A stretch of DNA of 64,000 bases from Puniceicoccales bacterium Verruco_01 (GTDB taxonomy: Bacteria > Verrucomicrobiota > Verrucomicrobiia > Opitutales > Oceanipulchritudinaceae): NCBI GenBank assembly GCA_001604565.1, contig LVBV01000015.1, positions 10,719 through 74,718 on the forward strand, in the 5' to 3' direction. Below, piece after piece: positions 1 through 8,778 of this stretch. The position numbers and the translations under genes are program-made. The notes beneath the pieces were generated by a model that made no database searches, was not told the origin of the DNA, and saw nothing but the letters and a program-made list of their open reading frames with translations. Each line of letters opens with the position of its first letter. The stretch's first letter is position 1.

Positions 1-277
1 GGAGATCACCGGCAAGCAGGTGCAGGAAGCCCTCGAAAAGGCCAACATCACGACGAACCGCAACACCGTCCCCGGCGAAACCCGCAGCCCCTTCCAGACG
101 AGCGGTCTGCGCCTTGGCTCCGCCGCCATGACGAGCCGCGGCTTTAGCCCCGAGGACTTCCGCAAGACCGCCGAGGCGATCGACATGGTGATTAACAACC
201 TCGCCGACGAGGCCGTCATTGCCAAGGCCCGCCAGATCGCCATCGACCTCTGCAAGGCCCACCCGCTCCCCTACTAG
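1..277 (+). CDS. glyA: serine hydroxymethyltransferase, C-terminal fragment (5' end outside window)
   Basis: The frame of ORF 20..277 stays open to the window edge. The tail '[22 protein letters not shown]...' matches the conserved SHMT C-terminal region. Confidence 0.85.
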   Translation, partial: EITGKQVQEALEKANITTNRNTVPGETRSPFQTSGLRLGSAAMTSRGFSPEDFRKTAEAIDMVINNLADEAVIAKARQIAIDLCKAHPLPY

Positions 278-404
278 GGCCGTAAGGCCCTAGGACCCTT
301 GGATGCGTCTGCGGACGCATCCCGATGGGGGCTGGCCGCCCCCAAGGCGCTGGCTTCGCTCGCTCCCCTGCCGGAAGAAGAGAGGCGGCAAAAAAACGGG
401 AAAC

Positions 405-438
405 AAAAGGCTCTCCGGTTCGCTCCGGGGGGCCTTTT
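405..438 (+). terminator. long imperfect hairpin ending in TTTT downstream of glyA
   Basis: 'aaaaggctctccgg ttcg ctccggggggcctttt' pairs 405-418 with 425-438 (G-U wobbles allowed). Two shorter perfect hairpins (274-293, 301-322) precede it. Confidence 0.45.
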
Positions 439-497
439 GTCGTCCTGATTTGGCGCTTTCGAGTTGCGGGGGTTTGTCGGAATCTCAGGATGGGTTC

Positions 498-890
498 ATG
501 CGCGCTCTTCTTCTTGCCCCTGTTCTTTTTCTCTGCGCCTACACGTCGGACCTGCCGGCGTTAACGCCTGCCGCATCCGGGGCGGATGGAGATAGTCATG
601 AGGCCCCGCAATCTGTGGCGGAGGTCAACGACGCAAAGACCTATTCGCGGGAATTCGTCGCAGAAAAGATCAGCGAGGCGTATTTGTCGGAGCTGGACTT
701 GAAGACCAAATATTTCTTTGGAAAAGACCCTTATCTGGACCGGGAACACACGCAGGCAATGCGCGCTTATATTCTGGAGCAGAAGCCCGTGGAAAAATTC
801 GTGGCGAGATGCTTTCCGAATACGAAGGCCAGCCGACCGCCGAGAGTTGCCCCAGATCCGAATTCAGCAAATACGCTCTCGCATTCCTGA
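498..890 (+). CDS. putative lipoprotein/secreted protein, possibly the N-terminal part of a frameshifted gene
   Basis: Internal Met of ORF 303..890 gives 'MRALLLAPVLFLCAYTSD' (signal-peptide-like, Cys at position 13). The last ~80 nt overlap ORF 809..1231, which looks more coding-like there. Confidence 0.4.
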   Translation: MRALLLAPVLFLCAYTSDLPALTPAASGADGDSHEAPQSVAEVNDAKTYSREFVAEKISEAYLSELDLKTKYFFGKDPYLDREHTQAMRAYILEQKPVEKFVARCFPNTKASRPPRVAPDPNSANTLSHS

Positions 891-1231
891 TCGACGTGTC
901 GGAACGCACGGCGGAGGCGATTGTCGATCGGCAGCGAGGAATCTACGTGGCGAAATTCGTGGACAAGGACCCGGTGCGTCTGGAGCTCTTCGCGATGGAC
1001 GGGGAAAAGAAATACACCGAATGGATTGCGATGGTGGGTGGAGAGGTTTCCCGCGAGGAAATGGTCAAGAGTGGCAACACAGGCCCCAAGGGTTATGTGT
1101 ACGAGAAGGGCGACCGGTTCTTCTTTTTCATGTCTTCGCAGCAGTCGTTGGAGGACCTTTGCGGACGCATGGGTTATCTCATCGTTCGCGACGGAAAGAT
1201 CATCGAGGTTTACGTCACATTTATGAACTGA
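809..1231 (+). CDS. hypothetical protein (possibly the continuation of 498..890)
   Basis: 140-aa ORF with balanced, non-repetitive composition and GC-rich third positions. No family recognised. Confidence 0.45.
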   Translation: MLSEYEGQPTAESCPRSEFSKYALAFLIDVSERTAEAIVDRQRGIYVAKFVDKDPVRLELFAMDGEKKYTEWIAMVGGEVSREEMVKSGNTGPKGYVYEKGDRFFFFMSSQQSLEDLCGRMGYLIVRDGKIIEVYVTFMN

Positions 1232-1355
1232 TTTTGACCCGCCTTCTTTACGCCGGAAGCTCCGCGTTCTCGTGGTCCGGGAATGCACAGAAATCGAAGG
1301 ATAGAGAAGGGAATCCACCCCGCTTCCTTGATTCGCTGGATTTCGATACTCCCCT

Positions 1356-2093
1356 TCAGAACTCCGCGCCGAGGGACGCGCCCCACCATACGACGTGCCT
1401 TTTGTCGGGATCGTCCTCCGTGTTCGCGGCGTAGAAGTCGCGCGTGGCGCCGGCGTAGCGGGCGCCGAGGGAGAGTGCGCAGTTTTCCGTCAGGGCGTAA
1501 CAAAGGTCCGCCGAGGCACCCCAATAGCCGTAGTCGGGGTTGTCCGCATTCTCGCCGAAGCTCGCGCCGAGGGTTGCGCCTAGTTCCAGCGAAAAGCCGC
1601 CGCCGAGCTCCGCGGAATGGGAAAGCCCAAGCTCCGCAAGGTCCGTCAGGCAGTCGAAATCGTGGTAGAAGTAGAGGGACGGGGACAGTGTCGCGTCGAA
1701 GGCGAGGCCCGCGTAGAGCTCGTTCGAGCTGTCGTGGCCCAGGATGTCCGCAAACACCTTGTCGAAAGAGTAGTGCGTGAGGCCGAGGTCGAGAGTGAGC
1801 TTTTCTGAAAGGGTGAAATTCCGGCCCGCGGAGAGGTCCAGCTCCTTCGGCCACGCCTCCTTGTGCTCCACCGGTAGCGCGGCCCAGAAACTGGCGTACC
1901 AGTCGCCGCGGGAGAATGTGGCGGTCGGGACGAAAATCCCCTCGCCGGTGTGCAGGGCGCGGCTTACGTACTGCGATTCGTAACCGATGCTTGAGGAGAC
2001 GGAGAGTGTGGCGCTGCCTTCGCCGCCGTCAGCAACGGCGTGAAGCGAAGGCAAAAGGAGGGACAGGGCTGCGAGAGAAGCGGTCTTGTTCAT
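1356..2093 (-). CDS. outer-membrane beta-barrel protein, TorF-like putative porin
   Basis: Signal peptide 'MNKTASLAALSLLLPSLHAVA', alternating beta-strand pattern, 'GYESQYVSRAL' resembling the TorF-family 'SDYvfRG' segment, and a C-terminal 'GAEF'. Confidence 0.65.
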   Translation of the reverse strand: MNKTASLAALSLLLPSLHAVADGGEGSATLSVSSSIGYESQYVSRALHTGEGIFVPTATFSRGDWYASFWAALPVEHKEAWPKELDLSAGRNFTLSEKLTLDLGLTHYSFDKVFADILGHDSSNELYAGLAFDATLSPSLYFYHDFDCLTDLAELGLSHSAELGGGFSLELGATLGASFGENADNPDYGYWGASADLCYALTENCALSLGARYAGATRDFYAANTEDDPDKRHVVWWGASLGAEF

Positions 2094-2225
2094 CGAAACT
2101 CCTCATGACATGTAATTGGTCGGAATGCAAGCGTGAGATTGGGTCTCATGATTCGTTTTCTGCCGGGAGGTTGCATGGACGAAAATCCTCTTTCCCGAAT
2201 GCCCGGCAGGTTTCAGACTTGTTCC

Positions 2226-2693
2226 ATGATCACCTTCAAACTTTCCGACTGGCGAACCATTCCCGGCCTTGCCGCGAATCCCGTGTGGGCGAAGACGCTC
2301 GCGTGGCTGGAAACCGAGGCCCCGAAGGCCGCCGAAGGAATGTACAACCTCGGCGCGGAGGGCTGGAGCGCCCGCGTCTTCGGCTACTCGCACAGGAGCC
2401 GCGAACGCGCGGCTCTGGAGTCCCACCGGCACACGATCGACCTGCACCTGACCCTCGACGGAGCCGAGGGCATCGAGTCCGACCTGCCCGAGCGGCTCGT
2501 CAAGACGACCTACAGCGTTGAGAACGAGGCTGACTACTACGAAAAGCCCGCCGCGTGCCCGACTTTTGTCGCCAACCTCAAGGGCATGGTGACGATCATC
2601 CTGCCGGGCGAGGTGCACATGACCGGCCTCGCGGTGCCCGGCTTCACACAAGTCCGCAAGGTGGTGGTGAAGCTCCCCGCGAAGCTGTTGTAG
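2226..2693 (+). CDS. YhcH/YjgK/YiaL (DUF386, EbgC-like) family protein
   Basis: The size from internal Met 'MITFKLSDW' (155 aa) and the 'HRHTIDLHLTLDGAEGI ... PGEVHM' pattern are typical of this cupin-like sugar-related family. The ORF track start 2133 is probably too far upstream. Confidence 0.65.
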   Translation: MITFKLSDWRTIPGLAANPVWAKTLAWLETEAPKAAEGMYNLGAEGWSARVFGYSHRSRERAALESHRHTIDLHLTLDGAEGIESDLPERLVKTTYSVENEADYYEKPAACPTFVANLKGMVTIILPGEVHMTGLAVPGFTQVRKVVVKLPAKLL

Positions 2694-2717
2694 CGGGCCG
2701 CGTTTCCCAACAGCCTG

Positions 2718-4331
2718 CTACTTCACCGGTTCCAGCGTGACGAGGACGACGTCGTTCTGCCGCATGGCGAAGTTGCGCGCAAAGGTGCCGTCCTTTGCCA
2801 CGGTCACCACCTCGTCGAGGAAGGGTGTGACTTCCGCCGCCTTCTTGAGCTCTGTCACCTGCGCTCTTGTGAGCTCTGCCGGGGCGCCGATGTCGAGATA
2901 GGCGGTGTAGGCGTCGCCGCTGCGATACCCTGCGCGCGTGGCCGTCAGGCGGTATTTCCCCGGCGCGAGATTTTTGAGCGAGAGGGCGACCGGCGCGGCG
3001 TCCTTCGCGGGGAGATCCCTGCTGTAGAACTGCTGGTTGTTCACGCCCTGCTCGTTCGGTCCGAGGATCGTGAAGTCCCAGAAGAGCGCTTGGGCGCCGC
3101 CCTTGTCGTCCTTTGTGACCCACGATTCCGGATCGGTGTTCTTGAGTTCCGTGCCGCCGAGAGCGTGCAGGAACTTGTAGGCGTAGAAGGAGGTTTTGCG
3201 GATGTCCTGTAGGTTGATGAGGCCGAAGCCGCCGTGGAAGACCCGGTCGCGCGGGCCCGCCTCCTCGAAGATGTCCGTGAAGGTCCAGTAGGACATGCCT
3301 TGCGCCGCGTCGCCGATGCCCTTGAGCTTGGAGAGGATGAAGGCGGCGCTCGCGTAGGAATCGTGGATCGGGTCCGACGGGGTGTAGGAGCTGCTCCACT
3401 CCGTGTAGTAAAGGGGCAGAGTGGGGAAGGCGGAGGCGGCGATCTCTTTGCGCACACCCTTCACTTCCCTGATCATGGCCTCGCGGTCCGGGCTGAACAC
3501 TGTGCCCGTCGTGCCGAATTCATCGAGGTAGCCCGACAGCACGCAGTAGTGGTGCGTGGTGACAAAGTCGATGGGCGTTCCGGTTTTTGCGCAATGGTCC
3601 AGCATCTCTGGCACCCACGCGTTGCCCGCCGTGGCCGGTCCGCCCACCTTGTAGGCGGCGTTCACGGCCTTGACCGCCTTCGCGGAGGCGTCGTAGAGGC
3701 GGAAGTACTGCTCGCGGGCGAATTCCTGCCATTCTTCGCCCTTCATGCCGAGCTCCTCACCGATCCAGAAGCCGGTGAGGTTCGGCTCGTTCCAGACCTC
3801 GAAGAACCAGCTCTTCACCTCGTTTTCGCCGTAACGGTCCGTCCAGTGGGTCACGGCGGCTTTGACGAGCGCCTCCCAGTCCGCATAGTCGCGCGGCGGG
3901 GTGACGTTGCCGCGCCACCAGAAGATCGTCTTGTCGCCGCTCGCGATCGCCCGGGGCATGAAGCCCAGTTCCACGAAGGGTTTCACGTCGATCGAAAGCA
4001 TGTAGTCGAAGAGTTCGTCCACGTACTGCCAGTTGTAAACGAGTTTGCCGCTCTTGTCCTTGAGGACGACGCCCATGTCGTCCGTGAAGAGCCCGTGGAA
4101 GCGCAGGTATTGGAAGCCGCACTCCTTCTTCACCTCGGCGAGCTGCCGTTGCCAGTCCGCCCGCAGGCCCTCGTTGGCGCGCCCCGCGCCCACGCAGAAT
4201 TCGCCCATGCGGCTGGTGGGTCCGGCCACGTCGGCAAGGTCGGCGGCGATCGCGCGGGTTTCTCCGGCGGAAAGGGTGAGGGGGGAAAGTGCGGCGAGTG
4301 TCATGGCAAGGGTGGGATGTGCATTCTTCAT
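2718..4331 (-). CDS. glycoside hydrolase family 39 (beta-xylosidase-like), secreted
   Basis: Signal peptide, then 'YLRFHGLFTDDMGV', 'FEVWNEPN' (acid/base Glu motif) and 'LYYTEWSSS' (nucleophile Glu motif), as in GH39 XynB-type enzymes. Confidence 0.85.
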   Translation of the reverse strand: MKNAHPTLAMTLAALSPLTLSAGETRAIAADLADVAGPTSRMGEFCVGAGRANEGLRADWQRQLAEVKKECGFQYLRFHGLFTDDMGVVLKDKSGKLVYNWQYVDELFDYMLSIDVKPFVELGFMPRAIASGDKTIFWWRGNVTPPRDYADWEALVKAAVTHWTDRYGENEVKSWFFEVWNEPNLTGFWIGEELGMKGEEWQEFAREQYFRLYDASAKAVKAVNAAYKVGGPATAGNAWVPEMLDHCAKTGTPIDFVTTHHYCVLSGYLDEFGTTGTVFSPDREAMIREVKGVRKEIAASAFPTLPLYYTEWSSSYTPSDPIHDSYASAAFILSKLKGIGDAAQGMSYWTFTDIFEEAGPRDRVFHGGFGLINLQDIRKTSFYAYKFLHALGGTELKNTDPESWVTKDDKGGAQALFWDFTILGPNEQGVNNQQFYSRDLPAKDAAPVALSLKNLAPGKYRLTATRAGYRSGDAYTAYLDIGAPAELTRAQVTELKKAAEVTPFLDEVVTVAKDGTFARNFAMRQNDVVLVTLEPVK

Positions 4332-4552
4332 GATGGCGAAAGTGCCGGAAGCGGCAGCCCTTGTCAGCGAGATTCGGCGGACGGTTCTCGGCTTCCATGA
4401 ACGGCGCGTTCCGCTGGATAGAACCGATGCGATCCCTTACGGAAATGCAAACAATCACGGTAAATTGAGTTTTTTTGCGGCTTTGAACCCTGTGCGAATC
4501 TCACCTTTTGAACTCGCGGTACAACGCGCGATGCCTTTATCTGGAAGTCCCT

Positions 4553-6946
4553 ATGCGTTACGGAACCTTCGACGACAAAGCACGTGAATACGTAATCGAC
4601 CGGCCGGACACCCCGCGCCCGTGGTCGAACTACATGGGATCCCGCCAGTACGGTGGAGTGATCACCAACCACGCGGGCGGCTACTCCTTCATCAAGAGCC
4701 CGGCCCAGGGCCGCATCACCCGCTTCCGTTACAATTCCATTCCCGCGGACCAGCCGGGACGCCAGTTCTACGTTCGCGACCAAGAGAGCGGCGACTTCTG
4801 GAGCGCCGCATGGCAACCGGTCGGCAAGCCGCTCGACCAGTACAAATCGAAGACGCGTTTCGGCACCAATTACACCGTCATCGACAGCGACTATTCCGGC
4901 ATCCACACCGAATCGACCTATTTCATCCCGATGGGTCAGATGTTCGAGTACTGGATCCTGAAGGTGCGCAACGATTCGAAGAAGGCCCGCAAACTCCGCG
5001 TCTTCACGTTCTGCGAGTTCACGGCGGAGTTCAACATGTTGAACGACCTGCTCAACCTCCAGTACACGATGCACATCATCCGCGCCAACTACGCGGACAA
5101 CATGATCGCGGTGTATGCCAACGGCAACCTCCCGGTCAAGACCCTCGACGTTGCCAAGTGGGACGTTTCCCGTCCGTGGTGGATCGGCATGGCGCAGAGC
5201 CCCGTCACCGGCTACGACTGCGACCGCGACGTCTTCATCGGCGAGTACAACAGCTTCCACAATCCCGCCGCCGTCCAGCGCGGCGAGTGCTTCAATAGCT
5301 ACGCCTTCTCGGACAACGCCTGCGGCTCGCTGCAGACGGATATCACCCTCCAGCCCGGCCAGGAGAAGGAAATCATCGTCATCCTCGGCGCCGGCGAGGC
5401 GAAGAACGAGGGCAAGGCCATCCTCGCGGAATACGGCACCTCCGAGCGCGCCGCGAAGGAGCTCCAGGCCCTCAAGGACTTCTGGCACAGCCGCATGGAT
5501 GTCATCAAGGTCAAGACGCCCGACGAGGCGCTCGACCACATGGTGAACGTGTGGAACAGCTACAACTCGCTCATCACCTTCGAGTGGTGCCGCGCGGTCT
5601 CGCTCATCTACACGGGCGACTCGCGCGACGGTTTCGGCTACCGCGACGCCGTGCAGGACTGCATGGGTGCGGCCTGCATGATTCCGGACCTCGTCAAGGA
5701 ACGCCTCGTCATCATGCTTTCCGCGCAGGAGAGTAACGGCGGCGCCCAGCCCGAGGTGAAGCCTTGGGAACTCAAGCCGGGTCACATGAAGAAGACCCGC
5801 GACGACGAGTACCGCAGCGACGACTGCCAGTGGCTCTTCGAGACGATTCCCGTCTATGTGAAGGAGACCGGCGACGTCGGCTTCTACAACGAGGTCATCC
5901 CCTACGCCGACTGCGGCGAGGCGACGGTGTTCGGCCACCTGCGCCGCGCGCTCGACTTCAATCTGGAACGCAAGGGAAAGCACGGTCTTCCCTGCGGCCT
6001 GAAGGCCGACTGGAACGACTGCCTGAAATTAGGTTATCACGGCGAGAGCGTGTTCGTCACCTTCCAGGTGCGCCGCGGCCTCATCCGTTATGCGGAGATC
6101 GCGAACCTCCTCGGAAAACCCGCGGAGGCGGACTGGGCCAACATCCAGCTCAAGGAGCTCGACAAGGCCATTCAGGCGATCTGCTGGGACGGCGAATGGT
6201 TCATCTGGGCCATCGGCGAGGACGGCACGGTCTATGGCACGAAGAACTTCCCGGAAGGGCAGGTGTACGTGAACACGCAGGCGTGGGCCATCATGAGCGG
6301 CGCCGCCACCCCCGAGCAGACGAAGGTAACGCTCGACACGATGGACAAGCGCCTCTTCACGAAATTCGGCCTGAAACTGTGCGATCCGCACATCCAGACC
6401 ATGAAGTGCGAGGTCATGCGCGCAATGCTCTTCAACGCGGGCAACAAGGAAAACGGCGGCATCTTCTCGCACCCGCAGAGCTGGGGCGTCCTCGCCGCTG
6501 TGGCCGCGGGCGACGGCGACAGGGCTTACAAGTACTACGACGCCTTCATGCCCTCCGCGCAGAACGACATCGCCGACCACCGCGTCGTCGAACCCTTCGT
6601 GCACTGCCAGTCGAGCCACGCGGACAGCTCCCCCAAGTTCGGCACGAGCCGCGTGCCGTGGCTTTCCGGCACGGCCTCCTGGGCGAACTTCACCGCGCAG
6701 CAGGGCATCCTGGGCCTGATTCCGGAGCTGGACGGCTTCCGCATCGACCCCTGCATCCCGCACAACTGGCCGGGCTTCTCCGCCGAGCGCAAGTTCCGGG
6801 GAAAACTCCTCAAGATCGAGGTGAAGAACAAGAGCGGCGTCTGCAAGGGCGTGAAGAAGGTGACTGTCAACGGCAAGGCGATCAAGGGCAACCTCGTCCC
6901 GCTTTCCGCCATGACGGAAACGACCGACATCGTCGTCGAGATGTAG
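4553..6946 (+). CDS. GH94 family phosphorylase (cellobiose/chitobiose phosphorylase-like)
   Basis: From 'MRYGTFDDKAREYVIDRPDTPRPWSNYMG' onward it is colinear by eye with cellobiose phosphorylase ('RFRYNSIPAD', 'GLKADWNDCL', 'ENGGIFSHP'). The first 15 codons of ORF 4508 are probably not translated. Confidence 0.9.
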   Translation: MRYGTFDDKAREYVIDRPDTPRPWSNYMGSRQYGGVITNHAGGYSFIKSPAQGRITRFRYNSIPADQPGRQFYVRDQESGDFWSAAWQPVGKPLDQYKSKTRFGTNYTVIDSDYSGIHTESTYFIPMGQMFEYWILKVRNDSKKARKLRVFTFCEFTAEFNMLNDLLNLQYTMHIIRANYADNMIAVYANGNLPVKTLDVAKWDVSRPWWIGMAQSPVTGYDCDRDVFIGEYNSFHNPAAVQRGECFNSYAFSDNACGSLQTDITLQPGQEKEIIVILGAGEAKNEGKAILAEYGTSERAAKELQALKDFWHSRMDVIKVKTPDEALDHMVNVWNSYNSLITFEWCRAVSLIYTGDSRDGFGYRDAVQDCMGAACMIPDLVKERLVIMLSAQESNGGAQPEVKPWELKPGHMKKTRDDEYRSDDCQWLFETIPVYVKETGDVGFYNEVIPYADCGEATVFGHLRRALDFNLERKGKHGLPCGLKADWNDCLKLGYHGESVFVTFQVRRGLIRYAEIANLLGKPAEADWANIQLKELDKAIQAICWDGEWFIWAIGEDGTVYGTKNFPEGQVYVNTQAWAIMSGAATPEQTKVTLDTMDKRLFTKFGLKLCDPHIQTMKCEVMRAMLFNAGNKENGGIFSHPQSWGVLAAVAAGDGDRAYKYYDAFMPSAQNDIADHRVVEPFVHCQSSHADSSPKFGTSRVPWLSGTASWANFTAQQGILGLIPELDGFRIDPCIPHNWPGFSAERKFRGKLLKIEVKNKSGVCKGVKKVTVNGKAIKGNLVPLSAMTETTDIVVEM

Positions 6947-6967
6947 CGGCAGTCCGAAGTGTCTTTC

Positions 6968-7002
6968 AAGGCCGCCGTCCTCCGTGACGGCGGCCTTTTT
7001 TT
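6968..7002 (+). terminator. rho-independent terminator after the GH94 gene
   Basis: 12-bp perfect stem 'aaggccgccgtc'/'gacggcggcctt', 6-nt loop, followed by a T-run. Confidence 0.8.
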
Positions 7003-7038
7003 GCGAGCGGAAATCAGCCCTGTGGCGGAAAACCGCCG

Positions 7039-7581
7039 TTACTTGCCGCCCGCGTCCGTCCCCTTGGCGGAGAGCGCCGCGCTCTTCTTGCTGAAGGCCT
7101 CCGCGTCCGCTAAAAAGCCCTCCAGCACCATCTCGTAGGGTGGCATCCTGCAACTGATCTTGAGGCTGCTGCCGTACATCCCGTCCTCCACAAGCACGCG
7201 CAGATCGACAGGCGCGTAGCGGGCGGACGAGTCGCTCCGTTCTAGGAGCTTGCGGCGCATGCCGGCCATGCGGACGATGGAGGCCGTCACGTTTTCGGTG
7301 TAGCCGGGCGCCTCCAGTCCCGCCGTGAGCATTACCTGCCGTACGACCGTTGTGAAGTAAAAGTATTCCGACACGCAGAGATCGCGCCCCTTTTTCCGGA
7401 GGGCGTCGAGCAGCGCGGGGCTGTCCAGAATCTGGGCGCGGAGTGTTTCGCTGGCGAGGGCGGCGTTGAATTCTTCGACGCTTAGCAGATCCCGCCCGAG
7501 GGTTTCGTGGATGAAGGCCATGTCATCCTGGGTGAGAAGACCGATCTCGTCGCGATAGGCCTCATCGTGGATTTCTTCCAT
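7039..7581 (-). CDS. hypothetical protein
   Basis: 180-aa ORF with normal composition in its own intergenic slot downstream of the cydB terminator. No family recognised. Confidence 0.5.
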   Translation of the reverse strand: MEEIHDEAYRDEIGLLTQDDMAFIHETLGRDLLSVEEFNAALASETLRAQILDSPALLDALRKKGRDLCVSEYFYFTTVVRQVMLTAGLEAPGYTENVTASIVRMAGMRRKLLERSDSSARYAPVDLRVLVEDGMYGSSLKISCRMPPYEMVLEGFLADAEAFSKKSAALSAKGTDAGGK

Positions 7582-7704
7582 GCAAGGACAAGTCGGAGGG
7601 GCTTCGTCTCACTTGAAGAGAAAAGACCCGCAGGAAACTTTTTCGAGATTTCGTTTAAGTTTGGCGGCGCTCTGCTACGCAAATTCATGCGGAATAACGG
7701 GCGG

Positions 7705-7739
7705 AAAAAGGCCCGCGCGGGGTTGCCGGGCGGGCCTTT
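7705..7739 (-). terminator. rho-independent terminator after cydB
   Basis: On the minus strand: 'aaaggcccgc'-loop-'gcgggccttt' followed by a T-run, about 22 nt after the cydB stop. Confidence 0.7.
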
Positions 7740-7760
7740 GAAAACAACTTTGGCAGCCTG

Positions 7761-8777
7761 TTAGTAGCTCGTGGAGGAGAGCTTCACCTTGCCGCGGAAG
7801 ATCCAGTAGATGGAGATCGTGTAGGCGAGGACCATCGGCATGCCGATGAGAGCGATGACGAGCATGATGAAGAGCGTCTTCTCCGAAGAGGCGGCGTTGG
7901 CGGTTGTCAGGCTCTGCGCCACATCCGGATTGGAGAGGACCAGATACGGGAACATCCCTCCCGCAAAGAGCGCCATCATCAGGGCGATCGTGCCCATCGA
8001 GGCGAGAAACGCCCGGCGGTCGCGCTTCTTCGAGATCTCGCGCGGGATGTCCGCCATCGTGAGGATGGAAAGTAGCGCCAGAACCCAGAGCCAGGGCCTC
8101 TCGCGCAGGGCCTCGCCGATGTGCGGGACGAAGAGGACGCTCGCGAAGGTCAGGGCCACGTAGCACACGATGAAGGCGAGCATCGCGGGCTTCACCCAGC
8201 GGCGCACCTCGTCGTGAACCGCGCCCTCGGTCTTCATGAGGAGGTAAATCGCCCCGTGCATCGCAAAGAGCGCGACGGTCGTCACACCCATGAGGAGCGC
8301 GTAGGGATTGAGGAGACTGAAGAACGTCCCCGCGTAGTTGTGGCTGGAATCGAGCGGGATCCCCATCACCATGTTGCCGAGGGCCACGCCGAAGAGCAGC
8401 GGCGCCACCATGCTCGCGAGGGAAAAGCTCCAGTCCCAGAAGCTGCGCCACCACGGCATCGGTTGCTTGCTGCGCATCTCGATCGCCACGGCGCGGAAGA
8501 TGAGGGCGAAAAGAAGGAGGATGAGGGCGAGGTAGAAGCCCGAGAACACGGTGGCATACACCTCGGGAAAGGCCGCGAAGAGCGCGCCGCCGCCGGTCAC
8601 AAGCCACACCTCGTTCCCGTCCCACACCGGGCCGATGGAGTTGAGGGAAATGCGCCGCGCCGTGTCCCCCTTGTGCAGAAGGTGCAGCGTGCCGACTCCG
8701 AGGTCGAAGCCGTCGAGAATGGCGTATCCCGCGAGGAGAACGCCGATGAGGAAATACCAGATGGTGGCGAGGTCCAT
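7761..8777 (-). CDS. cydB: cytochrome bd ubiquinol oxidase subunit II
   Basis: 338-aa polytopic protein 'MDLATIWYFLIGVLLAGYAILDGFDLGVG...WDGNEVWL', the hallmark CydB N-terminus. It directly follows cydA. Confidence 0.9.
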   Translation of the reverse strand: MDLATIWYFLIGVLLAGYAILDGFDLGVGTLHLLHKGDTARRISLNSIGPVWDGNEVWLVTGGGALFAAFPEVYATVFSGFYLALILLLFALIFRAVAIEMRSKQPMPWWRSFWDWSFSLASMVAPLLFGVALGNMVMGIPLDSSHNYAGTFFSLLNPYALLMGVTTVALFAMHGAIYLLMKTEGAVHDEVRRWVKPAMLAFIVCYVALTFASVLFVPHIGEALRERPWLWVLALLSILTMADIPREISKKRDRRAFLASMGTIALMMALFAGGMFPYLVLSNPDVAQSLTTANAASSEKTLFIMLVIALIGMPMVLAYTISIYWIFRGKVKLSSTSY

Positions 8778-8778
8778 G

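Noticed and set aside
3234-4400. 388-aa ORF on the plus strand
   Set aside because: Antisense to the GH39 gene, with the same wrong-frame composition (Arg/Gly/Ala/Val/His-rich) and no motifs.
4364-5983. 539-aa ORF on the minus strand
   Set aside because: It lies entirely antisense to the well-supported GH94 phosphorylase. Its translation is Arg/Ala/Val/Gly/Asp-rich low-complexity sequence, typical of the wrong frame of GC-rich coding DNA, with no recognisable motifs.
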